A stretch of DNA of 64,000 nt, taken from an uncultured Gemmatimonadales bacterium. GTDB lineage: Bacteria > Gemmatimonadota > Gemmatimonadetes > Gemmatimonadales > GWC2-71-9. The notes under the pieces were generated by a model that was not told where the DNA came from, made no database searches, and saw only the letters and a list, made by a program, of their open reading frames with translations. The stretch is from contig CAWGED010000004.1 of the NCBI GenBank assembly GCA_963821525.1, positions 32,001 through 96,000 on the forward strand, read 5' to 3'. Shown here in pieces: positions 30,739 to 39,859 of the stretch. The position numbers and the translations under genes were made by a program. Position 1 is the first letter of the stretch. Every line of letters begins with the position of its first letter.

Positions 30739-33420
30739 CTACTGGGAGCCCGAGCTGCGGAGCCGGCGCACCAGCTCGGCCAGATTCTGAATGACTACGA
30801 TCCTGGTGGCCGGACCCCGCCGTATCATGACGAACGTCTTGCCATCCCGAGAGACGTCATAGTTCGCATGAGGTGCGGCGCCAAGAATTTCCTCGAGACT
30901 GAAGAGCGCTTTCTGGGAGACGACTTCGAATCGAGGAGCGGTCCTGATCTGCACCGAGTTCAACTCGACCCGGTTCTCGCTGAGACTACGGTAGAACAAT
31001 TCCTTCCCATCGGGAGCCCAGACCGGCTCGGATCCTCCGCTCTGAGAGATCTGGACGACATCGCCCTCGCCCGACAACGCCCGCACGTAGACCTGCTCGA
31101 CACCCGACTGGTCCGAAGCGAAAGCGAGCCATCGGCCATCGGGTGAGGGCGCGGGGAATCTGTTCTGATATGCATTCACCAGGAGCGGCTTGATCGGCCC
31201 CCGCCCATCGTTCTCTACCGTCGCGAGGTCGGTGCCACTGCCCGGCTCGAGCTCGGTCGCTGTGGTTACCAGCGTGTGTCCGTCGGGGAGCCATTGACCG
31301 GTATAGGCGAGACTGGGTGAGGTCAGGAGGGACTCGGCTGGAGCGGTGCTCCCCGGTCGGGTCCGCAACAGGCTGAACACTCCGCTCTTGAAGGAGGTGA
31401 AGAGGATCGTCTGCCCGTCGGGCGACCAGATGGCATCGTGCCCATCGCGGGTGAATGTGGCCCTCGAGAGAGTTCGCTGATCGAGAGAAAGCACCCAAAC
31501 GTCTCGTCCATCGGCCGAAGTAAAATCGATACTTAACCGGCGACCGTCGGGAGAGAACTTGGGCGCGTGGAAGTTCTGCTTCCCCTCCATGACCGTCCGG
31601 AAGCTTCCGCTGCGGTCAGCGAAGACCAGGGTCCGCGGTTCTTCGGGGATATAGGCGATGAGCCCGTTCGGAGCCACGGAGAATTGCGCGATCCCAGTGC
31701 CGGTGGTCGAAATATTCTCCGCGATCTGCAATGGGGGGCCGCTGGTACCAGTGCCCGAGGGCTGGTAGGGAGCCGCCCACATCGTTCCACCGGGTTGGAC
31801 GTAGACCAGAAAGCCATTGGTGTAGCGCGCCTCAACCATCGGGAGCTCGCTGATGGTTTGCTGATCCCCGTTACGCAGATCAACCCGGATGCAGGGGCCC
31901 GAGCCGGTTCCGATCGGTGTTCGGATCGCAAGAGCATACCGGTCCCCAGGCAGCACCTGCTGCACCAGGAGACGGGGAGTCTTCGACATCAACTCGGACC
32001 CGATCCGCCCATCGGGATCGAGCCGGGCGATGCCACCTCCCTGGTTCGTGGTGAACCAGAAGGACCCCTTCGAGTCCCAGTCCCCGAAGGTTGCCCGGAC
32101 CTCCCGGGGAAGGGGAACCGCGTTTCCTCCGCCGGTGGGCACTCGAACGGCGTGATCGCCGGCGGCGGCGAATCCCGCGTCCCAACCGATGACCCAGCGA
32201 CCGTCCGGGGAGATCTGCGGATTCAGCAGGAACTGGCTGCCTTCGATTTCGCTGGGAGCTGTGGCATCGACCCGCTGGAAGGCGAGGGCATTGCTTCCCT
32301 TGCGGTTCTGGATCACGTAGACAACCGCCTCGCCATCTCGGGTGACCGCGAGCTGTCGGAACAACGATGCGACACCGGTCCCTCCCAGGTTCGGCACCAG
32401 GATCGCGAGTCGAGAAGGCGGCAACGCCGTCTCCCGCCGGCCAATCCTCCGGCCAGCCACGAAGGTTGCCGCCACCAGGGCGAGCAGGAGAATCGCAGCC
32501 GAAGCTGCATAAAGGCGGGAACGCCGGAGGGACCGGCTCGATGGCATCGCGCCGGGGACACTTTCCTCGCTCGCCAGCCTGCCCGCCGGCGCGCCGGTGA
32601 TCGCCTGGGCAAACTCCGCCGCACTCCCGAAGCGGTCGGCGGGCAGCTTCTCCAGCGCGGTAAGCACCGCGTCTTCTACCTGCTGGGGAACCCGCTCGCG
32701 AAGCCGGCGGATCGAGGCCGGCTTCTCGGTCATCACCTTGGCCACGATGGCCTGCGCGGTGGAACCGGTAAACGGCGGGTCGCCGGTCAGCATCTCGTAG
32801 GTCACACAGCCCAGCGCATAGACATCGGAGCGGGCCGTGATCTCCCGCTCCCCCATCGACTGTTCGGGCGACATGTAGTGGGGGGTACCCAGGCTCAGTC
32901 CCGTCTCGGTCATCCGGGTTCCGCCCGCGCTACTCACCGCCAGCGCGATCCCGAAGTCGGCCACCAGGGCGGTGCCATCGTGCAGCAGGATGTTCTCGGG
33001 CTTGATGTCGCGGTGGATGACGCCGTGCCGGTGGGCGTAGTCCAAGGCACTCGCAACCTCGGTTGCGATCCTGGTAGCCTCGGGAATCGGGAGCTGCTTC
33101 TCCCGCGTCAGCCGGTCCCGAAGGGACTCGCCCTCGACGAAAGGCATGACATAGTACGCCGAGCCCTGCACCTCACCGGAGTCGATAAGCCCGAGGATGT
33201 GGGGATGCTGCAGGACGGCGATGGTCTTGATCTCACGGAGAAAACGCTCGGTGCCGATCATCGCGGCGAGTTCGGACCGCAGAACCTTGATGGCGACTCT
33301 GCGGCCGTGTTTGAGGTCCTCGGCCAGATAGACCGTCGCCATTCCGCCTTGACCCAGCTCGCGCTCCAGCCGGTACCGGCTGCCGAGAGCCTCACTCAGC
33401 GATAACACGCCCTCCTTCAT
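30739..33420 (-). CDS. Hanks-type Ser/Thr protein kinase with TM segment and TolB-like repeats
   Basis: LGQGGMATVY, VAIK, HRDIKPEN, DFG and GTPHYMSPEQ, with C-terminal SPDG repeats. Confidence 0.95.
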   Translation of the reverse strand: MKEGVLSLSEALGSRYRLERELGQGGMATVYLAEDLKHGRRVAIKVLRSELAAMIGTERFLREIKTIAVLQHPHILGLIDSGEVQGSAYYVMPFVEGESLRDRLTREKQLPIPEATRIATEVASALDYAHRHGVIHRDIKPENILLHDGTALVADFGIALAVSSAGGTRMTETGLSLGTPHYMSPEQSMGEREITARSDVYALGCVTYEMLTGDPPFTGSTAQAIVAKVMTEKPASIRRLRERVPQQVEDAVLTALEKLPADRFGSAAEFAQAITGAPAGRLASEESVPGAMPSSRSLRRSRLYAASAAILLLALVAATFVAGRRIGRRETALPPSRLAILVPNLGGTGVASLFRQLAVTRDGEAVVYVIQNRKGSNALAFQRVDATAPSEIEGSQFLLNPQISPDGRWVIGWDAGFAAAGDHAVRVPTGGGNAVPLPREVRATFGDWDSKGSFWFTTNQGGGIARLDPDGRIGSELMSKTPRLLVQQVLPGDRYALAIRTPIGTGSGPCIRVDLRNGDQQTISELPMVEARYTNGFLVYVQPGGTMWAAPYQPSGTGTSGPPLQIAENISTTGTGIAQFSVAPNGLIAYIPEEPRTLVFADRSGSFRTVMEGKQNFHAPKFSPDGRRLSIDFTSADGRDVWVLSLDQRTLSRATFTRDGHDAIWSPDGQTILFTSFKSGVFSLLRTRPGSTAPAESLLTSPSLAYTGQWLPDGHTLVTTATELEPGSGTDLATVENDGRGPIKPLLVNAYQNRFPAPSPDGRWLAFASDQSGVEQVYVRALSGEGDVVQISQSGGSEPVWAPDGKELFYRSLSENRVELNSVQIRTAPRFEVVSQKALFSLEEILGAAPHANYDVSRDGKTFVMIRRGPATRIVVIQNLAELVRRLRSSGSQ

Positions 33421-33757
33421 CGGGTTCTCCGAGTTCGGCGGGTGCTGGAATTGAAACTGGGGTGGCCCACTGCCAGTCGCCCGCAGGCGCAGCGGCAGTC
33501 GGCTTTGTCCCTTAACAATCCCCGGATTGCGCCTCGGGCGCCAGCCTGCCACCCCGCCTCGCCGAACGGTGTTTCCACCTGCATATTGGGCCGGGTTGGG
33601 CGATGACCTCGACGGACGGACCCGCAGGTTAGTTCCCCGATAGCTACACATTCTCAAGATCCGCATCCCGGGCCATGCCGCACGTCGAATCCCCGTCCAG
33701 CCGAAGGCCGCCTCGCTTCTTGTCGGGGATTGTCCCGCGAATTCGTTAGCTCCATCA

Positions 33758-36700
33758 ATGAATCTCGCCGCCGGTAATTGCCGATTTTTCGTCCTGCGCA
33801 CTCCGCTGCTCCCGGTCGAAACCCTACTCGACTGGAGCAGTGGGCTCAGCGCGCGGCTGAGCTACGACCGGGGTGAGTCCCTGGCGGCCGCACTCGCCAC
33901 CGATCGGGCCCTCCTCCGCAGTCGTCTCGCCAAACTCCTGGAACATCCCGAGATCCGGGAGGCGATCTTCGTTGCCTCGCCCAGTCTGGATGAAGCGCTC
34001 GAGCACTGGTTCCGGAACCCGGATAGTGAAAAGGGCCAGAGGGTCGAGTGGGGCCTGGTCCGCTACCTGTGCCGCATGGCCAGTCGGCCGACGCCATTTG
34101 GCCTCTTCGCGGGAATCTCACTTGGCCGGGTCGCGAAGCAGACCTGCCTGAAGATTGGAGGCCGCGAAGCGAACGAGCGGCACACCAGGCTCGACAACGA
34201 CTACTTGTTCGCACTGGTTCAGGCGTTGGCGAGCGATTCAACGCTCCGCGACGCCCTTCGATACCGTCCCAACGACAGCCTCTCTCCGGGCGCGGGGCGC
34301 TTCCGCTACGTCGAGGCCCGGGTCGATGGCACCCTGCGGACCTATCACCTCGTCAGCGCGGACGACACTCCAGAGCTCCGCTCGACCATCGCCAGGGCGG
34401 AGGACGGTGCCACTCGCGCCGAGCTGAGCGAAGCCCTGGTTGCTCACGATGTTGATCGCCTGGAAGCCGATAAGTACGTAGACGAGCTGATTTCGGCTCA
34501 ACTCCTCGTGCCGGACCTGGAGCTGCCTGTCACCGGTCCTGAACCGCTCCCCACCCTGATCCGGGAGCTGGAGGCGCACCCTTCGCAGGAGGCCACTCTT
34601 CAGACTCTCCGGTCAGTCGATGCGACGCTAGCAGAATTCGATCGATCCGGTGGAACTGCCCCCACCCGGTACCGTGAACTGGCCAGGTCGCTGGAGCCGC
34701 TTCCCGCAAAGGCCGAGCTGGCGACTCTTTTTCAGGTGGATCTGGTCAAGCGGGCGCCAGAGCTGACGATCGGAGACTCGGTAGTCCGGGAGATCGACCG
34801 GGCCATCGAGATCCTGCATCGCCTGGGAGGCCTTCGCGGCAGCGACCCTCTGGCCCGATTCCGGGAGGCTTTTCTCGAGCGGTACGAAGAGCGCGAGGTC
34901 CCGCTACTCGAAGCCCTGGACGACGAGGTCGGGCTGGGCGGCCTGATCGCCACCGGAGGTGATCCATCTCCACTGCTCCGGGGAATCGGCTTTCCCGAAT
35001 CGCCGGAGACGGACCACACCTGGGGAAACCGCGAACACCATCAACTGCTGCTCCTTGGAACCGCGTTGCAGGATGGCCGGGAAGAGATCCTGCTCGAGGC
35101 AAAGGACCTCGAACGGTTGGAGATCCCCGGCAAACACCCCCTGCCCCAATCTCTGGAACTGATGGCAAGCATCCTCGCCAAATCGGCCGCGGCGATCGAC
35201 CGTGGCGAATTCCGGCTGTGGGTCGACAGCACCAGCGGCCCTCCGGGAGCGCGCTATCTGGGCAGGTTCTGCCACGGAGATGATGCCCTCGCGAGGGAAG
35301 TGGACGCGTTGCTTCGCGCCGAAGAGCAACAGCATCCGGACGACCTGTATGCCGAGATCGTGCATCTTCCCGAAGGCCGGATGGGAAACATCCTCCTGCG
35401 GCCCCAGCTGCGGAGCCATGAGATCACCTATCTGGGACGGTCGGGAGCGCCCAGAGAGCAGCAAATCCCTGCCAGCGATCTGCTGCTCTCCCACAAGCAC
35501 CGGCAATTCGTTCTGCGCTCCGCCCGGTTGGGCCGGCGGATAATCCCTCGCCTTACTACAGCTCACGCCTACAACCGTGGCCTCGGCGTCTATCGATTCC
35601 TCTGCCTTCTGCAGTTCGAACATGTGGCCGACACACTGGCGTGGGGCTGGGGACCCCTGGCCAGCGCCCCGTTTCTACCGCGGGTGCGATCCGGTCGTCT
35701 CATACTTTGCCCCCGACGCTGGAACCTTTCTCAGAACGAGTGCAACCGGCTTGGCACGCTGACCGGGGAGGAACAGTTCCGGGCGGTCCAGGAATGGCGC
35801 ACCCAAAGGCGCCTGCCCCGGTGGATCGTCCTCGCCGATTACGACAATCGTCTCGCGGTAGACCTGGAAAACGTGCTCTCGGTGGAGGCCTTTACCCATG
35901 CCTTGAAGAAGCGGGACTCGGCAATGCTCGAGGAGACCTTGCTGGCTTCGGAGGACGAGCCGGTCGAAGGTCCCGATGGTCATTATGCCCATGAGATTGT
36001 CGTGCCCATCGCGCGGCCGGTAACGAGCGCGGTCAGGGTTCCCGAAGCGCGGAGACCGGCGACCGCTCCGCAGGTACAGCGCTCGTTTTCACCCGGCTCG
36101 GCATGGCTCTCCATAAAGCTCTACTGCGGCGAGTCCATCGCCGACGAGATCCTCACCGAGGTCATCGGGCCCCTCACCCATCAATTGCTGGAAGACGGCG
36201 CCGCCAAGGGCTGGTTCTTCATCCGCTATGGCGACCCGGCCCTCCATCTGCGCTGGCGTCTCGCGGGTGATCCAGCAGCCCTGTCCGCCACAGCCCGGCC
36301 CGCTGTCGAGGCGGCGGCGGCGCGCCTGCTCGACGAGGGGAAAATCTGGCGGGTGCAACTCGACACCTACCAGCGCGAAATCGAGCGATACGGCGGCCCC
36401 GAAGCGATTCTGCTGGCGGAGCGGCTCTTTCAGGCCGATAGCGACGCGGTCTTTCGGATCATGGAGCTGGTGGATCCTGGGGACGCTGGGCTGGATGAGA
36501 GATGGCGTCTTGCCGTGCGCGGAATGGACCAGCTCCTGGCCGATCTTGGCTTCGATCATCCCGGTCGGAGCGAGTACGCCAAGCGGTGGGTTGAGGAAGC
36601 ATTTGAAAACCCCGAAAGCAGCGCGGGATTGCGGCCCCAGCTCAGCGATCGCTTTCGGAAGGAGCGCGCGCGACTCGAATCGCTGCTCGATCGGACCCGG

Positions 36701-36982
36701 GACCCCGACAGCGATCTGGGTCCTGGACTCGCGATTCTCCATCAGCGCTCAGAAAGCCTCGCCCCAATAGGGGCGGAACTCCGGAGGCTGGAGCAGGAGG
36801 GGCGTCTCCGGGTGCCGGTGGATGAACTGGCCCAAAGCTTCGTTCACATGCACGTCAATCGGCTGCTTCGGTCCGCCCAGCGCCAGCATGAAGTGGTCCT
36901 TCACGATTTCCTGCATCGGCTTTACCAAGCCCAAGCCGCGCGGGCGGCCGCAAAACGGCCAGCGCCGGAGCCGGCGCAATGA
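33758..36982 (+). CDS. lanB: Class I lanthipeptide dehydratase (glutamylation plus elimination domains)
   Basis: LRTPLLP, RMASRPTPFGLFAG, FLPRVR, WLSIKLY, WFFIRY, YQREIERYGG and HMHVNRL. Confidence 0.95.
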   Translation: MNLAAGNCRFFVLRTPLLPVETLLDWSSGLSARLSYDRGESLAAALATDRALLRSRLAKLLEHPEIREAIFVASPSLDEALEHWFRNPDSEKGQRVEWGLVRYLCRMASRPTPFGLFAGISLGRVAKQTCLKIGGREANERHTRLDNDYLFALVQALASDSTLRDALRYRPNDSLSPGAGRFRYVEARVDGTLRTYHLVSADDTPELRSTIARAEDGATRAELSEALVAHDVDRLEADKYVDELISAQLLVPDLELPVTGPEPLPTLIRELEAHPSQEATLQTLRSVDATLAEFDRSGGTAPTRYRELARSLEPLPAKAELATLFQVDLVKRAPELTIGDSVVREIDRAIEILHRLGGLRGSDPLARFREAFLERYEEREVPLLEALDDEVGLGGLIATGGDPSPLLRGIGFPESPETDHTWGNREHHQLLLLGTALQDGREEILLEAKDLERLEIPGKHPLPQSLELMASILAKSAAAIDRGEFRLWVDSTSGPPGARYLGRFCHGDDALAREVDALLRAEEQQHPDDLYAEIVHLPEGRMGNILLRPQLRSHEITYLGRSGAPREQQIPASDLLLSHKHRQFVLRSARLGRRIIPRLTTAHAYNRGLGVYRFLCLLQFEHVADTLAWGWGPLASAPFLPRVRSGRLILCPRRWNLSQNECNRLGTLTGEEQFRAVQEWRTQRRLPRWIVLADYDNRLAVDLENVLSVEAFTHALKKRDSAMLEETLLASEDEPVEGPDGHYAHEIVVPIARPVTSAVRVPEARRPATAPQVQRSFSPGSAWLSIKLYCGESIADEILTEVIGPLTHQLLEDGAAKGWFFIRYGDPALHLRWRLAGDPAALSATARPAVEAAAARLLDEGKIWRVQLDTYQREIERYGGPEAILLAERLFQADSDAVFRIMELVDPGDAGLDERWRLAVRGMDQLLADLGFDHPGRSEYAKRWVEEAFENPESSAGLRPQLSDRFRKERARLESLLDRTRDPDSDLGPGLAILHQRSESLAPIGAELRRLEQEGRLRVPVDELAQSFVHMHVNRLLRSAQRQHEVVLHDFLHRLYQAQAARAAAKRPAPEPAQ

Positions 36983-38310
36983 ACGCGGCGGGTGAATGGC
37001 AACCGCTCCTCGATGGTTCGCTTCGGGGCCAGGCGCTCGAGACAATCGGCGACATCGCGGAAGCTCTTAGACATCCGCCAGAGCCCACGCCAGCCGAGGG
37101 CAACACCAGCGAAACGACTCAGGCCCTCAAGCTTGGGCTCATGACCGGCCGGGCCGGATTGGCTGTGTTCTTTGCCTATCTGGCGGAAGCCGGCCTGCAC
37201 AAAGATGCGGAAGGGCTCGCCTGGGATTTTCTCGAGGAGTCCGAAGCCGGCCTGACGGAACACTGGATGGGCGCGTCACTGTGCGAGGGATTCACCGGTA
37301 TCGCCTGGGCTCACGCTCATCTGCACCAGGCACTGTCGCACGCGCGGGATCGCGGTGAGCTCAAGGAGCTCGATGAAGCGCTTCTCGCCTTGCTGCGCGA
37401 CTGGCCCAGCCCGGATCAGTACGAGCTCTTGTATGGGATGGTGGGCATCGGTGTGTATGCGCTCGAGAGGCTTCCCCGCCCTCGGGCTCGGACGATGCTG
37501 CGACTCATCGTCGAGCGGTTGGAAGAATCGGCCCAACCCATGAAGGACGGCATCGCGTGGAGCTCGCCAGAGAACCCAGCTGGCCCGAGCGGCGAATACA
37601 ACCTTGGCATGGCGCACGGGATTCCGGGCGTGATCGCGTTTCTGGCCCGCACGGCGGCTGCGCCGCTACAGCGCAGGAAGGCTCTCTCCCTCCTCGGGGG
37701 CGCAGTCAGCTGGCTCCGCGGCCAGCGTCTCACTCCTGAGGAGGGTGGTGGGTTTCCCGCCTCCATCACGCCCGGGGAGCTCCCCACTCCTACCCGACTC
37801 GCCTGGTGTTACGGCGACCCCGGCGTCACAACTGCGCTGCTGCCCGCAGCCAGGATGTTGGAGCTCCCCGAGCTTGAAAAGGAGGCGGTCCAGGTCGCAA
37901 TCAGCGCGGGCAAGCGCACGACAGAAGAGAGCGGGGTGGTGGATGCCGGGCTGTGTCACGGTGCCGCCGGCGTCGGACACCTCTACCACCGCCTCTACCG
38001 GGCCACCGGCGACTTGCGACTGAGAGCGATCGCTCGCCGATGGTTTGCTCATACTCTCGAACTCCGCCGGCCGGGGACGGGGGTCGCCGGGTTTGCCCCG
38101 GCAGACTCGCCGGAGAATCAGAAAGTGAACGCCGGAGAACGAATCGACGCCGGCGTCCTCTCGGGGACTGCAGGAATAGGGTTAGCCCTTCTTGCGGCCA
38201 CTACGCCGGTGCCGCCACTCTGGGACCGCCTGCTCCTGGCGGATCTCCCTTCGATGGCGGTGCGCGCGGGACGGAATCACTTGGCGGCTTTAGCGCCGGG
38301 ACGGCGATAG
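36979..38310 (+). CDS. lanC: Lanthionine cyclase
   Basis: GMAHG, WCYG and GLCHG zinc/catalytic motifs. ATGA overlap with lanB. Confidence 0.95.
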   Translation: MNAAGEWQPLLDGSLRGQALETIGDIAEALRHPPEPTPAEGNTSETTQALKLGLMTGRAGLAVFFAYLAEAGLHKDAEGLAWDFLEESEAGLTEHWMGASLCEGFTGIAWAHAHLHQALSHARDRGELKELDEALLALLRDWPSPDQYELLYGMVGIGVYALERLPRPRARTMLRLIVERLEESAQPMKDGIAWSSPENPAGPSGEYNLGMAHGIPGVIAFLARTAAAPLQRRKALSLLGGAVSWLRGQRLTPEEGGGFPASITPGELPTPTRLAWCYGDPGVTTALLPAARMLELPELEKEAVQVAISAGKRTTEESGVVDAGLCHGAAGVGHLYHRLYRATGDLRLRAIARRWFAHTLELRRPGTGVAGFAPADSPENQKVNAGERIDAGVLSGTAGIGLALLAATTPVPPLWDRLLLADLPSMAVRAGRNHLAALAPGRR

Positions 38311-38375
38311 ATGAGTACAGGCAGTGCTGCCGGCCTGGGCGCCCAGCCGAAACTCGAACCCAACTGGAGGAACCG

Positions 38376-38555
38376 ATGACCAGGAAGACCACGAAGGGCT
38401 CCAAGGCCCCCCCCCGGAAGTCCAAGCGGCTCAGTCTCAGCAAGAAGACCCTCAAGGACCTGAACGTTTCCGGCACCGGTCCCCAAGGTGGGATGGGGAT
38501 AAAGGTCCCGCTGAGCCATTGTACCACTTGTCCCGCCAGCTGTCGCAAGGGCTGA
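38376..38555 (+). CDS. lanA: Lanthipeptide precursor MTRKTTKGSKAPPRKSKRLSLSKKTLKDLNVSGTGPQGG|MGIKVPLSHCTTCPASCRKG
   Basis: GGAGG RBS at 38366-38370, LxLxKxTL leader motif, GG cleavage site, and a core with 3 Cys and 4 Ser/Thr, directly after lanC. Confidence 0.9.
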   Translation: MTRKTTKGSKAPPRKSKRLSLSKKTLKDLNVSGTGPQGGMGIKVPLSHCTTCPASCRKG

Positions 38556-38562
38556 GGCTGTC

Positions 38563-38657
38563 AGGGAGGCGGTCCTAGTCGCAATCGCCGCGGGTGAGCG
38601 CACCACGAGGAGAGCGGCGTGGTGGATGCCGGGCTCTGTCACGGTGCCGGCGGGGCG
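38563..38657 (+). pseudogene. Diverged lanC fragment (homologous to 37879-37974)
   Basis: Reads REAVLVAIAAGERT-EESGVVDAGLCHGAGG versus KEAVQVAISAGKRTTEESGVVDAGLCHGAAG in lanC. Confidence 0.8.
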
Positions 38658-38817
38658 ACTCTCCGGGGGATGACGGCCAATCTGGCCGCCGTTGGAGCGG
38701 CTGTAGAGCTGGAGCAACAGTAGGAGTGGCCGTCTTCCGGACTCCACTTGCGGCCAGCGGTCCAGACCGCATACTACGTGAGCGGGCTCACCTTTTTCAA
38801 AGCTTGGCGCCACCACG

Positions 38818-39854
38818 ATGCAGGCTCTCTACGGGCGCCCGGTCTTCGTGGTCGAGGGCGACACGTTCTTCTGGGAAGACGTGGTGCTCGACGCGATCCG
38901 GCGCGGTAAATGGGCACAGCTGGAGCAGGAGGTTCGTGAAGGATTCGCCGCCTTGGAGGAGTTCGACTCCGCCGAGGACGACGAATTCGATGTGGCGGTA
39001 GACGAGGCTGCGCAGGAGTTCCGCTACGGTCGCGAGCTGGTCACCGCTCACGAGATGGAGGAGTGGCTCGCTGCGCGCGAGGTTAGTATTCGAGAGTGGA
39101 TGGACCACATCCGCCGTTCCGTTGCGCGGGCTCGCACCACCGAGGGATTGGCCGCCCTCGTAACACGCCATCCGATGGACCCGGATCAACTCGCCGAAGC
39201 GCTCCGGGTGGATCTCATTTGTTCCGGAGCAGGAGAGGAGCTCGCTGTCGCAGCTCGCACGACGCGCGGCCGCTGCAGCTGCCGCTGCGAGTTCAGCCAC
39301 ATCTGAATTGCCGTCTGAAGGCGGGCCGGTACCGACCAGTACTCCCTCCCGGACTCTCAGTCGAGCTGGCCCAGGAGCGGATCCACCTGCTGGCCCGGAT
39401 TGAAGAAGGCGCGGAGCAGTTCCGGAGAAGCTCGATCACGCCCGAGGCCATCCGGCGCGAGATCGGGCATCACCACACCGAATGGATCAGGATCGACTGC
39501 CGGGCTATCGCCTTCGATGATGAGGCTGGAGCCCGGGAAGGAGCCTTGTGTCTGAGGGAAGACGGGCTCCCGCTCGATGAGGTCGCCGCCGCGGCTCACG
39601 CGACAGTGTCCGAATCGCGCTTCTATCTCGACGATCTCGACCCCGAAGTCCGCCCGATGTTTCTGGCGGCGCGGCCGGTCGACCTGCTGGGACCCATCCT
39701 CTTCGAAGGAGCCCATACGCTGTTCCGCGTGACGGACAAGGTGATGCCCTCCGAGCAGGACCCGGAAATTCTGCGGCGGGCCGAAACGGGCGTTGAGGGG
39801 CGCCTCGTGGCCGCTCAGGCCCAGCAGCGAGTGAAGTGGCAGTTGGCCTGGTGA
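38818..39854 (+). CDS. PpiC/parvulin-related putative peptide-maturation or export chaperone (frameshift in the 39250-39310 area)
   Basis: EAAQEFRYGRELVTAHEMEEWL and IAFDDEAGAREGALCLREDG resemble PpiC-like proteins found beside C39 ABC exporters. The family call is an inference. Confidence 0.55.
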
Positions 39855-39859
39855 CCGGA

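Noticed and set aside
31567..33405. Long antisense or alternate-frame ORFs (e.g. 31567-33405, 15897-17390, 8292-9785, 41666-42976, 57509-58867)
   Set aside because: These are shadow ORFs expected in high-GC DNA opposite well-supported genes, and they have no recognisable motifs.
33421..33801. 127-aa N-terminal extension of the kinase overlapping the lanB start
   Set aside because: Kinase homology begins right after ATG 33420. The extension is more likely the divergent promoter region.
37953..38555. 200-aa ORF as the lanthipeptide precursor
   Set aside because: Only the last 59 codons follow a proper RBS. The upstream part overlaps lanC out of frame.
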